A stretch of 64,000 nt of DNA, taken from Candidatus Lustribacter sp. (GTDB lineage Bacteria > Vulcanimicrobiota > Vulcanimicrobiia > Vulcanimicrobiales > Vulcanimicrobiaceae). Location: contig OZ255842.1 in NCBI GenBank assembly GCA_965277805.1, positions 3,424,001 through 3,488,000 of the forward strand. The letters run 5' to 3'. The notes under the pieces are model-generated. The model was given only the letters and a program-made list of their open reading frames with translations. It ran no database searches and was not told the DNA's origin. Position numbers and translations under genes: made by a program. Numbering within the stretch: the first letter of the stretch is position 1; each line of letters opens with the position of its first letter. Shown one piece after another: positions 38,101 to 50,100 of this stretch.

Positions 38101-41100
38101 GCCGATCGATGCAGCGAGATTCCAATTCTGCGTACCGCACGTCGTACTGCCCGCATCGCACTTCTTCGCATCGCTCAGTTGCGTGAACGCGCGCGAGCCG
38201 CCGCCGTTGCCGCCGCCGCCGCCGATCGATTGCGCGAAGATGCCCATCGCGCCGTCGCCGATCGTGACGATCTGACCGGTGTCGTGCGTGACCGTAACGG
38301 TGCCGCCGTCGTTGCCGGTGCCGCCGCCGCCGCCGACCGCCATCGCAACGCTGACGTTTGCGCCGCCTTTGTCGGTGTTGCGCAGCGACGAGCCGGCGAA
38401 CGAGAAACCGCCGTTGCCGCCGCCGCCGCCGATCGATTGCGCGAAGATGCCGTGCGCTTCGGCGCCGATCGTCAACACGTTGCCGTCGGCGTTGACGGCG
38501 ACGTTGCCGCCGGTGCCGCCGGCGCCGCCCGAACCGCCGACCGAGACGCCGATCTCAGCCTGTGCTTTGTTGCTGCCCGAACCCGCGCCGGCCGCGAACG
38601 ACATGCCGCCGTTACCGCCGCCGCCGCCGATCGATGTCGCCTCGATGCCGTACGACTTCGTGCCGGTGATGACGTCGGTCGTGGGATCGTAGCTGCCGGT
38701 GAGAACATCGCCGCTGTTGTTCACGGTCACGTCGCCGCCGTTGCCGGCGCCGCCGCCCGAACCGCCGAGCGCGACCGACATGTTCATGCCGCTGATGCCC
38801 GCCGCCACCGACAAACCGCCGCGACCGCCGCCGCCGCCGACCGACTCCGCATCGATGCCGGCCGCGTTGTCGCCGACCGTCGACACGGCGCCGGTGTTGT
38901 TCACGTTGACGTTGCCGGCGTTGTTGCCGGTGCCGCCGCTGCCGCCGAGGCTCAGCGAGAGATTCTTGTTCGCGGCATTGTTCGAAACGTCGGCCGTTAC
39001 CGAAACGCCGCCGTTGCCGCCGCCGCCGCCGATCGATTCCGCGTTGATGCCTTCGGCGTTATCCGTGTTGGTGATGACGTTGCCGGTATTCGTGACGTTG
39101 ACGTTGCCGCCGACGCCGCCGGTGCCGCCCGTTCCGCCGAGCGCAACCGAAACGTTCACCGCGCCCATCGTCGGCCCGATCGCGACGCCCAGCGCGAAGC
39201 CGGCGTCGCCGCCGCCGCCGCCGAGCGATTGCGCATAGATACCGGTCGACGCCGCGCCGCTGGTATAGACTTCGCCGTCGTTCTGCACGGTGACGTCGCC
39301 CGCCGCACCGCCGGTGCCGCCCGTTCCGCCGAGCGCAACCGCGACGTGCTTCGTGTCGGTGCCGGTGCCGGCAGCAAGCGTCGCCGCAAAACCGCCGGTA
39401 CCGCCGCCGCCGCCGACCGATTGCGCGTCGATGCCGTACGCGCCGTCACCAGAGGTCGAGATACCTCCGGTATCGTGGGTGACCGTCACGTCACCGCCGG
39501 TGTTGCCGGTGCCGCCCGAACCGCCGAGCGAGAGCGCGACCGTGTTCACGTCGGTCGTCGTCTTCGCGACCGAACCCGAGACGCTGCCGCCGCCGTTGCC
39601 GCCGCCGCCGCCGATCGACTGCGCGAAGATCGCGTGCGCGCCGTTGCCGCTGGTGACGACGTTGCCGCTGTCGTCGACGTTCACGTCGCCGCCGGTGCCG
39701 CCCGCAGCGCCGGTGCCGCCGACCGAAATCGCGACTTCCGCTTTCGCATCCGTGCTCGAACCGGCGTCGGCCGAAATTGCGAGGCCGCCGTTACCGCCGC
39801 CGCCGCCGAGCGATTCCGCGAAGATGCCGTACGAATTCGTGCCGGTGCCGTTCGTTGCATCACCGGTACCGACATCGCCCGTGTTGGTCACGCTGACGTT
39901 GCCGGCGTTGCCCGCATCGCCGCCGCTGCCGCCGAGGCCGAGCGCGATGTTCATGCCGCCGAGCGCACCCGACACCGCAAGCCCGCCGTTGCCGCCGCCG
40001 CCGCCTTGCGATTGCGCGGAGATGCCGATCGCGTTGTCGCCCGTCGTCACGACCGTACCGCTGTTGGTCACGGTGACGCCGGATGCATCGTTGCCGGTGC
40101 CGCCGCTGCCGCCGAGGCTGAGCGCGAGTTGCTTCGCGGTTTGCGAGGTCGAAATGCCGGCCGCAACCGCGAAGCCGCCGTTACCGCCGCCGCCGCCGAG
40201 CGACTGCGCGAAGATGCCGGTCGAATTATCCGTTGACGTCGAGACGATCCCGGTGTTGTTTACGGTGACGGTGCCGGCGCTGCCGCCGCTGCCGCCGTTG
40301 CCGCCGAACGACATCGATGCGTTCGTCGCGCCCGCGCCGTTGCTGAGATCCACGGCTAGTGCGAAGCCGCCGTCGCCGCCGCCGCCGCCCTGCGACTCGG
40401 CCACGATGCCGTTCGCCGCAGAACCGGTGGTCACGACGTTGCTCGTGTTCGAAACGCTGACGTTGCCGGCCGCGCCGCCGTCGCCGCCGGTGCCGCCGAT
40501 GTCGATCGCAACGTGCTTCGTGCTCGCACCGGTGCCGGCCGCGAGCGTGCCGCTGAAACCGCCGGTGCCGCCGCCGCCGCCGAGCGACTGCGCGTAGATG
40601 CCGTTCGCACCTTGACCGAGCGTGTCGATATCGCCGGTGTCGTGCGTGACCGTGACGTTGCCGGAATTCGTGCCGGCACCGCCGCCGCCGCCGAGCGCGA
40701 TGTCGAGCGCGTTGGCGTTCGACGTTCCGGCCGACGCGGCGAATCCGGCGCCGCCGTTACCGCCGCCGCCGCCGACCGACTGTGCGAAGATGCCGTGCGC
40801 GTCGGTGCCGTTGGTGATGATCACGCCGCTGTCGGCGACGGTGACGTCACCGCCGGTGCCCGCTGCGCCGCCGCTGCCGCCGATCGACAAACCGATTTGC
40901 GCGCTGCCGTTACCGGCGTCGGCGCCGATCGAGAGCCCGCCGTTGCCGCCGCCGCCGCCGAGCGATTGCGCGAACACGCCGTACGAGTTCGTGCCGCTGT
41001 TGGCCGTCGCGTTACCGGTCTCGATGTTGCCGGCGTTCGAGACGTTCACGTTGCCCGCGTTGCCCGCACCGGCACCGCTGCCGCCGAGTGCGAGGTTGAT

Positions 41101-44100
41101 GTTCGAACCGACGAGCGAACCCGAGATCGCCATGCCGCCGTTACCGCCGCCGCCGCCGAGCGACTCGGCCGCAATGGCCGCCGCAGCGTTGCCGGTGGTG
41201 ACGATCGTGCCGGCGTTCGTGACGCCAACCGTGCCCGCGTCGTTGCCGGTGCCGCCCGCGCCGCCGATGCTGACGCCGAGCTGCTTCGACGATGCCGCCG
41301 CGGTGATGTCCGCTGCAACCGAGAAGCCGCCGTTGCCGCCGCCGCCGCCGATCGATTCGGCCAGCACGCCGAGCGCGTTGTCGCCGGTCGTTGAAATCGT
41401 GCCGCTGTTCGTCACGTTGACGTCGCCGGCGGTACCGGCGCTACCGCCTTTGCCGCCGAGCGCGAGCGAAACGTTCGTCGAGCCGCTCGACGTGCCGAGA
41501 GCCATCGCGAGACCGAAGCCTGCGTTACCGCCGCCGCCGCCGATCGATTCCGCATCGACGCCGGTCGCCGCTTGTCCGGTGGTCACGATGTTGCCGGTAT
41601 TGCCGACCGTGACGTTGCCCGATGCGCTGCCGCTGCCGCCGGCGCCGCCGACGGTGATCGCGACGTTCTTCGCATCGGCGCCGGTGCCCGCAGCGAGCGT
41701 GCCGCTGAAGCCGCCGTTACCGCCGCCGCCACCGATCGATTGCGCGAGCACGCCTTCCGCGCCTTGACCGCTCGTCGCGATGTCGCCGCCGTGCGTCACG
41801 CTGACGTTGCCGCTGGTGTTGCCCGCGCCGCCGCCGCCGCCGATCGCAATCGTCAGCGCGATGTTCGCACCGCCGAGCGATGCATCGCCGGCGAACGACA
41901 TGCCGCCGTTGCCGCCGCCGCCGCCGAGCGATTGCGCGAAGATCGCGTGCGCGCCGGCGCCGGACGTCACGATCGTGCCGTTGTCGGTAACGCCGACGTC
42001 GCCGGCCGTGCCGCCGCCGCCCGCCGCGCCGCCGAGCGCGAGCGATGCTTGCACTTGATCGCTGCCGGCCGATGCCGCACCGGAGAACGATGCGCCGCCG
42101 TTACCGCCGCCGCCGCCGAGCGACTCGGCGAAGATGCCGTACGAATCGAGACCGGTGCCGTTCGCTGCATTGCCGGTGCCGATGTCGCCGGTGTTGTTCA
42201 CCGTGACCGCGCCCGCGTTGCCCGCATCGCCGCCGCTGCCGCCGAACGCGAGCGTGAGGTTCATGCCGCCGAGCGCGCCCGCGATCGCCATGCCGCCGCG
42301 ACCGCCGCCGCCGCCGATCGATTCCGCATCGATCGCCGCCGCGTTGTCGCCTTGCGTCACGATCGTGCCGCTGTTCGTTACGCCGACCGTACCGGAATCG
42401 TTGCCGGTGCCGCCGCTGCCGCCGAACGCGAGCGAAAGTTGACGCGCGCTCGTGACGACCGATGCATCGGCCGCGATCGACATGCCGCCGTCGCCGCCGC
42501 CGCCGCCGATCGACTGCGCGAGAATGCCGAGCGCGTTGTTGCCTTGCGTCGAGATGCCGCCGGTGTTGTTCACGCTGACGTTACCCGACGTGCCGCCGCC
42601 GCCGCCGCTGCCGCCGAATGCGAACGAAAGATTCGTCGAGCCCGACGACGGACCGATCGACGCCGCCAACCCGAAGCCGCCGTCACCGCCGCCGCCGCCG
42701 AGCGAAAGCGCATCGACGCCGGTGGCGGCGCTGCCGGTGGTGATGATGTCGCCGGTGTTCGTGACGCTGACGTCGCTCGACGCGCTGCCCGCACCGCCGG
42801 CGCCGCCGAACGTTGCGCTGATCGATTTCGATTCCGCACCGGTACCGGCCGCAAGCGCGCCGCTGAAGCCGCCGTTACCGCCGCCGCCTCCGATCGACTC
42901 CGCATCGATGCCGTACGCGCCGTCACCCGACGTTTGAATTCCACCTTGATGCAACACGGTGACCGTGCCGCTGGTATTGCCCGCGCCGCCGCTGCCGCCG
43001 AACGCGAGCGTCATCGTCGTATTCGCGCCGCCGGCACTGCCCGCGAGCAGCGAACCGGCGAACGTGAAGCCGCCGTTACCGCCGCCGCCGCCGAGCGATT
43101 GCGCGAAGATGCCGTGCGCCCCATCGCCGCTCGTCACGATGTTGCCGTTGTCGTTGACGTCGACGTTGCCCGCAGTGCCTGCGCCGCCGCCGGTGCCGCC
43201 GAGCGCGACGCTGATTTCCGCCGACGCATCGGAACCGGCGCCGGCCGATCCGGAGAACGCCATGCCGCCGTTACCGCCGCCACCGCCGAGCGACTGCGCG
43301 AAGATGCCGTACGACTGCGTGCCGCTCGTCGTGCTGCCGGTGCCGATGTCGCCGGTGTTCGTTACCGAAACGTTGCCGGCGTTACCCGCATCGCCGCCGC
43401 TGCCGCCGAGCGCAATGGTGAGATTCGTTCCGCCGATCGCGCCCGAAATCGCCATGCCGCCGTCGCCGCCGCCGCCGCCGAGCGATTCCGCATCGATGCC
43501 GCTCGCGGTGTTGCCCACGGTAACGATCGTGCCGGTGTTGGTGACGGAAACGTTGCCCGCGTCGTTGCCGCTGCCGCCGTTGCCGCCGAGCGTCACGCCG
43601 AGTTGTTTGCCGGTCGGCGAAACGCTGATCGCCGCGGAGATCGCCATGCCGCCGGTGCCGCCGCCGCCGCCGATCGATTGCGCTTGAATGCCGTTCGCGT
43701 TATCGCCGTACGTCGAAAGCGTGCCGGTGTTCGTGACGCCGACATCGCCGGCCGTGCCGCCGGTTCCGCCGCTGCCGCCGAGCGCAACCGACAGATCCGT
43801 TGCGCCGGTCGACACGCCGAGTTGCGCGCTGATGCCGTAACCGCCGTCGCCGCCGCCGCCGCCGATCGATTGTGCGACGATCGCCGATGCTGCGAGACCG
43901 TTCGTGTAGACTTGTCCGTCGTTGTTGACGGTGACGTCGCCGGATGCCGCACCGCTGCCGCCGCTGCCGCCGACGCTGATGCCGATGTTCTTCGCATCCG
44001 CACCCGCCGACGCTGCGAGCGTGCCGGAAAGCCCGCCGGTGCCGCCGCCGCCGCCGATCGATTGCGCGAGAATGCCGATCGCTTGATCGCCGGTCGTCGA

Positions 44101-47100
44101 GATAACGCCGCTATCGTGTTCGACCGTAACGGTCGAGCTCGTGTTACCGCTGCCGCCGGTGCCGCCGACTGCAACCGACAACGCAACGTTATCGCCGCCG
44201 GCGAGCAGCGATGCGCCGAACGCCATGCCGCCGTTACCGCCGCCGCCGCCGATCGATTGCGCGAAGATGCCGTTGCCTTGCGCGCCGCTGGTAAAGATGT
44301 TGCCGCTATCGCTGACGCTGACGGCGTTGCCGGTTCCGCCGCCCGCGCCGCTGCCGCCGACAGAGATGGAAAGTTGCGCGTTGCCGCCGACTCCGGCCGA
44401 ACCCGCGAACGCAAGTCCGCCGTTACCGCCGCCGCCGCCGAGCGACTGCGCGAAGATGCCGTACGATTGCGTGCCGGTGCCGGTGAGCGCGTTGCCGGTC
44501 GAAATGTCGCCGGCGTTCGTGACGGTGACGGTGCCCGCGTTGCCCGCGTCGCCGCCGCTGCCGCCGAGCGCAACGGTGAGATTCGTTCCGCCGATCGCAC
44601 CGGCGATCGACATGCCGCCGTTACCGCCGCCGCCGCCGATCGATTCCGCATCGACCGCGCTCGCTTTGTCGCCGGTCGTCACGATCGTGCCGGTGTTGTC
44701 GACGAGCACGTTGCCCGCGTTGTTGCCGGTGCCGCCGCTGCCGCCGAGCGAAATGCCGAGTTGTTTGCCGGTCGTCGAAACCGAAACGCCGGCCGAAACC
44801 GACATGCCGCCGTTACCGCCGCCGCCGCCGAGCGATTGCGCGAAGATGCCTTCGGCGTTGTTTGCGGTCGTCGAAATGATGCCGCTGTTCGAAGCGGTGA
44901 CGTCGCCGGCAACGCCGCCGCTGCCGCCGTGTCCGCCGAGTGCGACCGAAAGATCGACGGCGCCGGTGCTCGCGCCGAGATCGACCGCTAATCCGTAACC
45001 GCCGTCGCCGCCGCCGCCGCCGACCGATTGCGCGTACACCGCGGTGCCCGCAACGCCGGTCGTTTGAATTTCGCCGTTGTTCGCAACGGTCACGTTGCCG
45101 GCCGCGCCGCCGCTACCGCCAGTGCCGCCGATCGAAACGCTGACGTTCTTCGCATCGCTGCCGGTCGCAGCGGCGAGCGTTCCCGACAAACCACCGCTGC
45201 CGCCGCCGCCGCCCGCGCTTTGCGCGAACACGCCGTAGCTGTCGGTGCCGCCGGTCGTGATTTGTCCGGTGTTCGAAACGGTGACGTTGCCGGCGTTCGT
45301 GCCCGCACCGCCGCCGCCGCCGATCGCGACGTCGACCGAAGCCGCGTCAGCTGCCGACGGCGAACCGACCGAACCGGAAATCGCCAGACCGCCCGAACCG
45401 CCGCCGCCGCCGATCGATTGCGCCGCAATCGCCGCTGCGAGATCGCCGGTCGTCGTGATGCTGCTCTGATTGGTGACCGCGACGGCCTTGCCGGCGCCGG
45501 CGATGCCGCCGCTGCCGCCCATGCTGAACGCGATGCCGGTACCGTTATCCATCGTGCCCGCAACGCTCAAGCCGCCGTCGCCGCCGCCGCCGCCGATCGA
45601 TTGCGCGAGGATGCCGTCGGCGTGCAGGCCGCCGGTGAGGATCTCGCCGGTCGTCGGCGTCGCGCCGGAATTCAGCACGGTGACGGTGCCGGCGTCGCCG
45701 CCGGTGCCGCCCTTGCCGCCGAATGCGAGGCTCAGCGAACCGGTGCCGCTGAACGTGCCGTCGAGCGCGAAGCCGCCGCTGCCGCCGCCGCCGCCGAGCG
45801 ACTGCGCGAGAATGCCGTCCGACGTATCGCCGGCCGTCTGGATCGAACCGAGCTGCGTCACCGCGACATTGCCCGCGACGCCGCCGCCGCCGCCCGAACC
45901 GCCGAGCGTGAACGCGGTGTTCGCGGCCTTCGAAATGCTGCCCGAGACGGCCATGCCGCCGTCGCCGCCGCCGCCGCCGACCGATTGCGCGAGGATGCCG
46001 TCGGAATGATCGCCGGCGGTCGTGATCTGCGAGGTGCCGGTCACGCTGACGGCCGACGCGTTGCCGGCCGTGCCGCCCGAACCGCCGACGCCGATGTCGG
46101 CCGCGAGGCCGCTGCCCACGGTGCCGGTGATGGCCATGCCGCCGTCGCCGCCGCCGCCGCCGATCGATTGCGCCGCGATGCCGTGCGAATACTCTTGCTG
46201 GGTTGCGATCAGCGCGTTGTTCACGACGGTGACCGTGCCGGCGTTGCCGCCCGCGCCGCCGCTGCCGCCGAGGCTGAAGGCCGCTTGCGTGCCGACGCCG
46301 ATGCCGCCGCTGATCGCCATGCCGGCGTCGCCGCCGCCGCCGCCGACCGACTGCGCGAGGATGCCGTCCGAATGCGTGCCGGTGGTCGACGTGCCGGTCA
46401 GGATCTCGGTGCCGGTCACGTTCTGACCGGTGGTAACGGAAACAGCCGATGCATTTCCGCCCGCACCGCCGGCGCCGCCGAAGGCGAGGCCGATCTGGCC
46501 GCTGCCCGCGCTGATGCCGCCGGTCACGGCCATGCCTCCCGCACCACCGCCGCCGCCGATCGACTGCGCGAAGATGCCGTGCGAATCATTACCGTTGGTC
46601 TGGACGCTCGCGATGTCGTTCACCGCCACCGTGCCGCCCACACCGCCGCCCGCGCCGCTGCCGGCCATCGTCAAGCCCGCGCCGCCGGTGCCCGTCGAAA
46701 TCGTGCCGGCCACGGAGAACCCGCCGTCGCCGCCGCCGCCGCCGATCGATTGCGCCGAGATGCCGTCGGCGTGTTCGCCCGTGGTGACGATGTTGGCGGA
46801 GACCGTCACGCCGACGGCCTCGCCGTTGCTCGCGGTACCGCCGCCGCCGCCGATGGCGAAGCTGCCGGTGACCTTGTTGGAAGCGTTGCCCGAAATGCTG
46901 AGCCCGCCGGAGCCGCCACCGCCGCCGATCGACTGTGCGGCGATGCCCGCCGAGAAATCACCGGTGGTTGCGACCGCGCTCGAATCGGTGACGTTGACCG
47001 TGCCGGCCACACCGCCGCCTGCGCCGCTGCCGCCCATTGAGAAGCCGATCGACGCGCCGCTGCTGATGCCGCCCTGAACGCTCATGCCGCCGTCGCCGCC

Positions 47101-50100
47101 GCCGCCGCCGATCGACTGCGCCAGGATGCCGTCGGAATGGGCGCCCGTCGTCGTGAGGGCCGTCGCGGTGCTCGTGCCGCTGGTGACGTTGACCGCCGCC
47201 GCGCTGCCGCCGCCCGAGCCGTTTCCGCCGAAGGCCAAACCGATGTTGCCGCTGCCGGCCGTGATGCCGCCCGTGATCGCCATGCCGCCCGAACCGCCGC
47301 CGCCGCCGACCGATTCCGCAAAAATGCCGTTCGACTCATCGTCGAGGGTGCTGATGCTGTTGGTGCTGGTGACGCTGACCGCGCCGGCGTTGCCGCCGCC
47401 CGAGCCCGCGCCGCCCAGGCTGATGCCCGCGCCGTTGGCCGCCGTCAGCGCCGCTGCCACCGTGAAGCCGCCGTCGCCGCCGCCGCCGCCGACCGACTGC
47501 GCCTCGATGCCGTCGGAGTGCGCGCCGCCGGTCGAGATCAGGGCGCTGTTCGTCACGGTCACGGCGCCCGCGTTGCCGGCCGTACCGCCCGACCCGCCGA
47601 TGCCCATTGCGCCCGAGGTCTTGAGCGTGGCCGATGCCGCGATGCTGAACGCACCGTCGCCGCCGCCGCCGCCGATCGACTGCGCCATGATACCGGCCGA
47701 GTAATCGCCGAGCGTTCCGATGCCCGAATCGTTGGAGACCGTCACGGTCTTCGAATCGCCGCCCGTTCCACCGGTGCCGCCGATGCCGAGGTCGAGCGTT
47801 GCGCCGGTACCGGCCGAAGCCGCCGCGCCGAAGCCGCCCGCTCCGCCGCCGCCGCCGACCGACTGCGCGAGAATGCCGATGGAATTGAGGCCCGCAGTCG
47901 TGATGGTGGTCGTGCTGGTCGTCGTGCCGCTGTTCACGATCACGTCACCCGCGATGCCGCCGCTGCCGCCCGAGCCGCCGAGCGCGACCCGGAAACTGCT
48001 GCCGTCGCTGATGCCGCCGGCGACCGAGAACCCGCCGTTGCCGCCGCCGCCGCCGATCGACTGCGCTTCGATGCCGTGCGACCCGTCGAGAGCTGTTTGG
48101 ATCGAGGCCGTGTTGCTGACGGTGACGTCGCCCGCGCTGCCGCCGCCGCCGCCCGAACCGCCGAGCGTCAGGCCCGCCGATTGCGCGCCGTTCGAAATCG
48201 TGCCGGCGATAACGAAGCCGCCGTTGCCGCCGCCGCCGCCGATCGACTGCGCCGCGATGCCGACGCTCTGCATACCGGAGGTCGTGATGTTGCCGGAGTT
48301 GGTAACGGTGACGTCGTGGCCGTTGCTGGCCGCGCCGCCCGAGCCGCCGATCGCGACTTGGCCGGTGCGGCTGCCCGAGGCGATCGCCTGAATGGCGAAG
48401 CCGCCGTTACCGCCGCCGCCGCCCAGCGACTGCGCGAGGATGCCGTCGGAAATATCGTTGGTGGTGACGAGCATGCTCGAGTTCGTGACCGTGACGTTGC
48501 CCGAGTCGCCGCCGTTGCCGCCGGAGCCGCCCAAGCTGAAGCCGACCGCATACCCCGGCGTCGCACTGCCGGTGGCGACCAGCCCGCCGTTGCCGCCGCC
48601 GCCGCCGACCGATTGCGCCTCGATGCCGTTCGACGACGCGCCGGTCGTCATGATGAGCGCTCCCGTGCTCGTGACCGTGACGTCATCGGCGCCGCCGGCC
48701 GCGCCGCCGCTACGTCCGAGGCCGAGGCTGAGGGCGCTCGCCGCGCCGCCCGACGTCGTCCCGGCAAACTTGACCGTGATGCCGCCGTCACCGCCGCCGC
48801 CGCCGATCGATTGCGCCAAAATGCCGTTCGAGACGCTGCCCGTCGTGCCGATCGATCCGGTGCTCGTGACCGTGACCGTGCCGGCATTGCCGCCGGAGTC
48901 GGTACTGTTGCCGCCCATCAGGATGCCCATATCCGACTCGACGTCGCCGAGCACGCCGATACCGCCGTAGCCCCCGCCGCCGCCGATCGATTGCGCGAGG
49001 ATGCCGTCGGACTCATCACCGGTCGTCGTGATCTGCGAGAAGCTGCCGACCGTGACGGCCATGCTGTTGCCGCCGGCGCCGCCCGTGCCGAAGCCCATGC
49101 CGGCGCCGATGCCGGTCTTGGTGAGTTTGCCCTCGATGGCCATACCGGCGGCACCGCCGCCGCCGCCGATCGACTGCGCCGCCAGGCCCGCCGACTGATC
49201 GCCGGTCGTCGCGATCGTCGAATAGCTCTCGACGTCAACCGTGCCGCCGTCCTTGCCACCGCCGCCCGTCCCGCCTTCACTGAGGGGCACGACGCGCGTC
49301 GTCGCGAGGCCCGCCGCGACCGACATGCCGCCCGAGCCGCCGCCGCCGCCGATTGCCTGCGCGAGAATGCCGTCCGAGCCTTCGCCACCGGTGGTGATCG
49401 AGACGACACCGCCGGCCTGGCCGCTGTCGAGGATCACGTTGCCGGAATGCGCCCCGACGCCGCCCGCGCCGCCGAGTGAAATATCGGCGCTCGTGCCGTT
49501 GCTGACGCCGCCCGCTGCCGAAAAGCCGCCGTTACCGCCGCCGCCGCCGATCGATTGCGCCAGCAGGCCGACGCTCTGGTCGCCGCCGGTGCTGATCGAC
49601 TGCAAGCTGCTCAAGTCGACGTCGCCCGCGATCGCGCCGCCGCCGCCGCTGCCGCCCAGCGCGAGGGCGGCGCTCGATGCGTTCGAGACCGAACCCGAAA
49701 CCGCGAAACCGCCGTTACCGCCGCCGCCGCCGATCGACTGCGCCGCGATGCCCGCCGAAAACGCGTTGGTCGTTTGGACTTGGGTGTTCGCCGCAACCGT
49801 CACGTCGCCGGCCGCCCCGCCGAGCGCGCCGCTGCCGCCAAGCGTGACCGCGGCGTTGAAACCGCTCGACCCGGACGCGCCGACCGCGAAGCCGCCGTTG
49901 CCGCCGCCCCCGCCGATCGATTGCGCGAGGATCCCGTCGGCTTGCATGCCGCCGGTCACGATCGAATCGGCCACCGTCCCGTACCCGCTGATCACCGTGA
50001 CGTTGCCCGCATCGCTTGCGCCGCCGCCGCTGCCGCCCATCGTGACCGACGCGGCCTTGCCGGTGCTGCCGGCGCCCGCGACGCTGAAGCCGCCGTTGCC

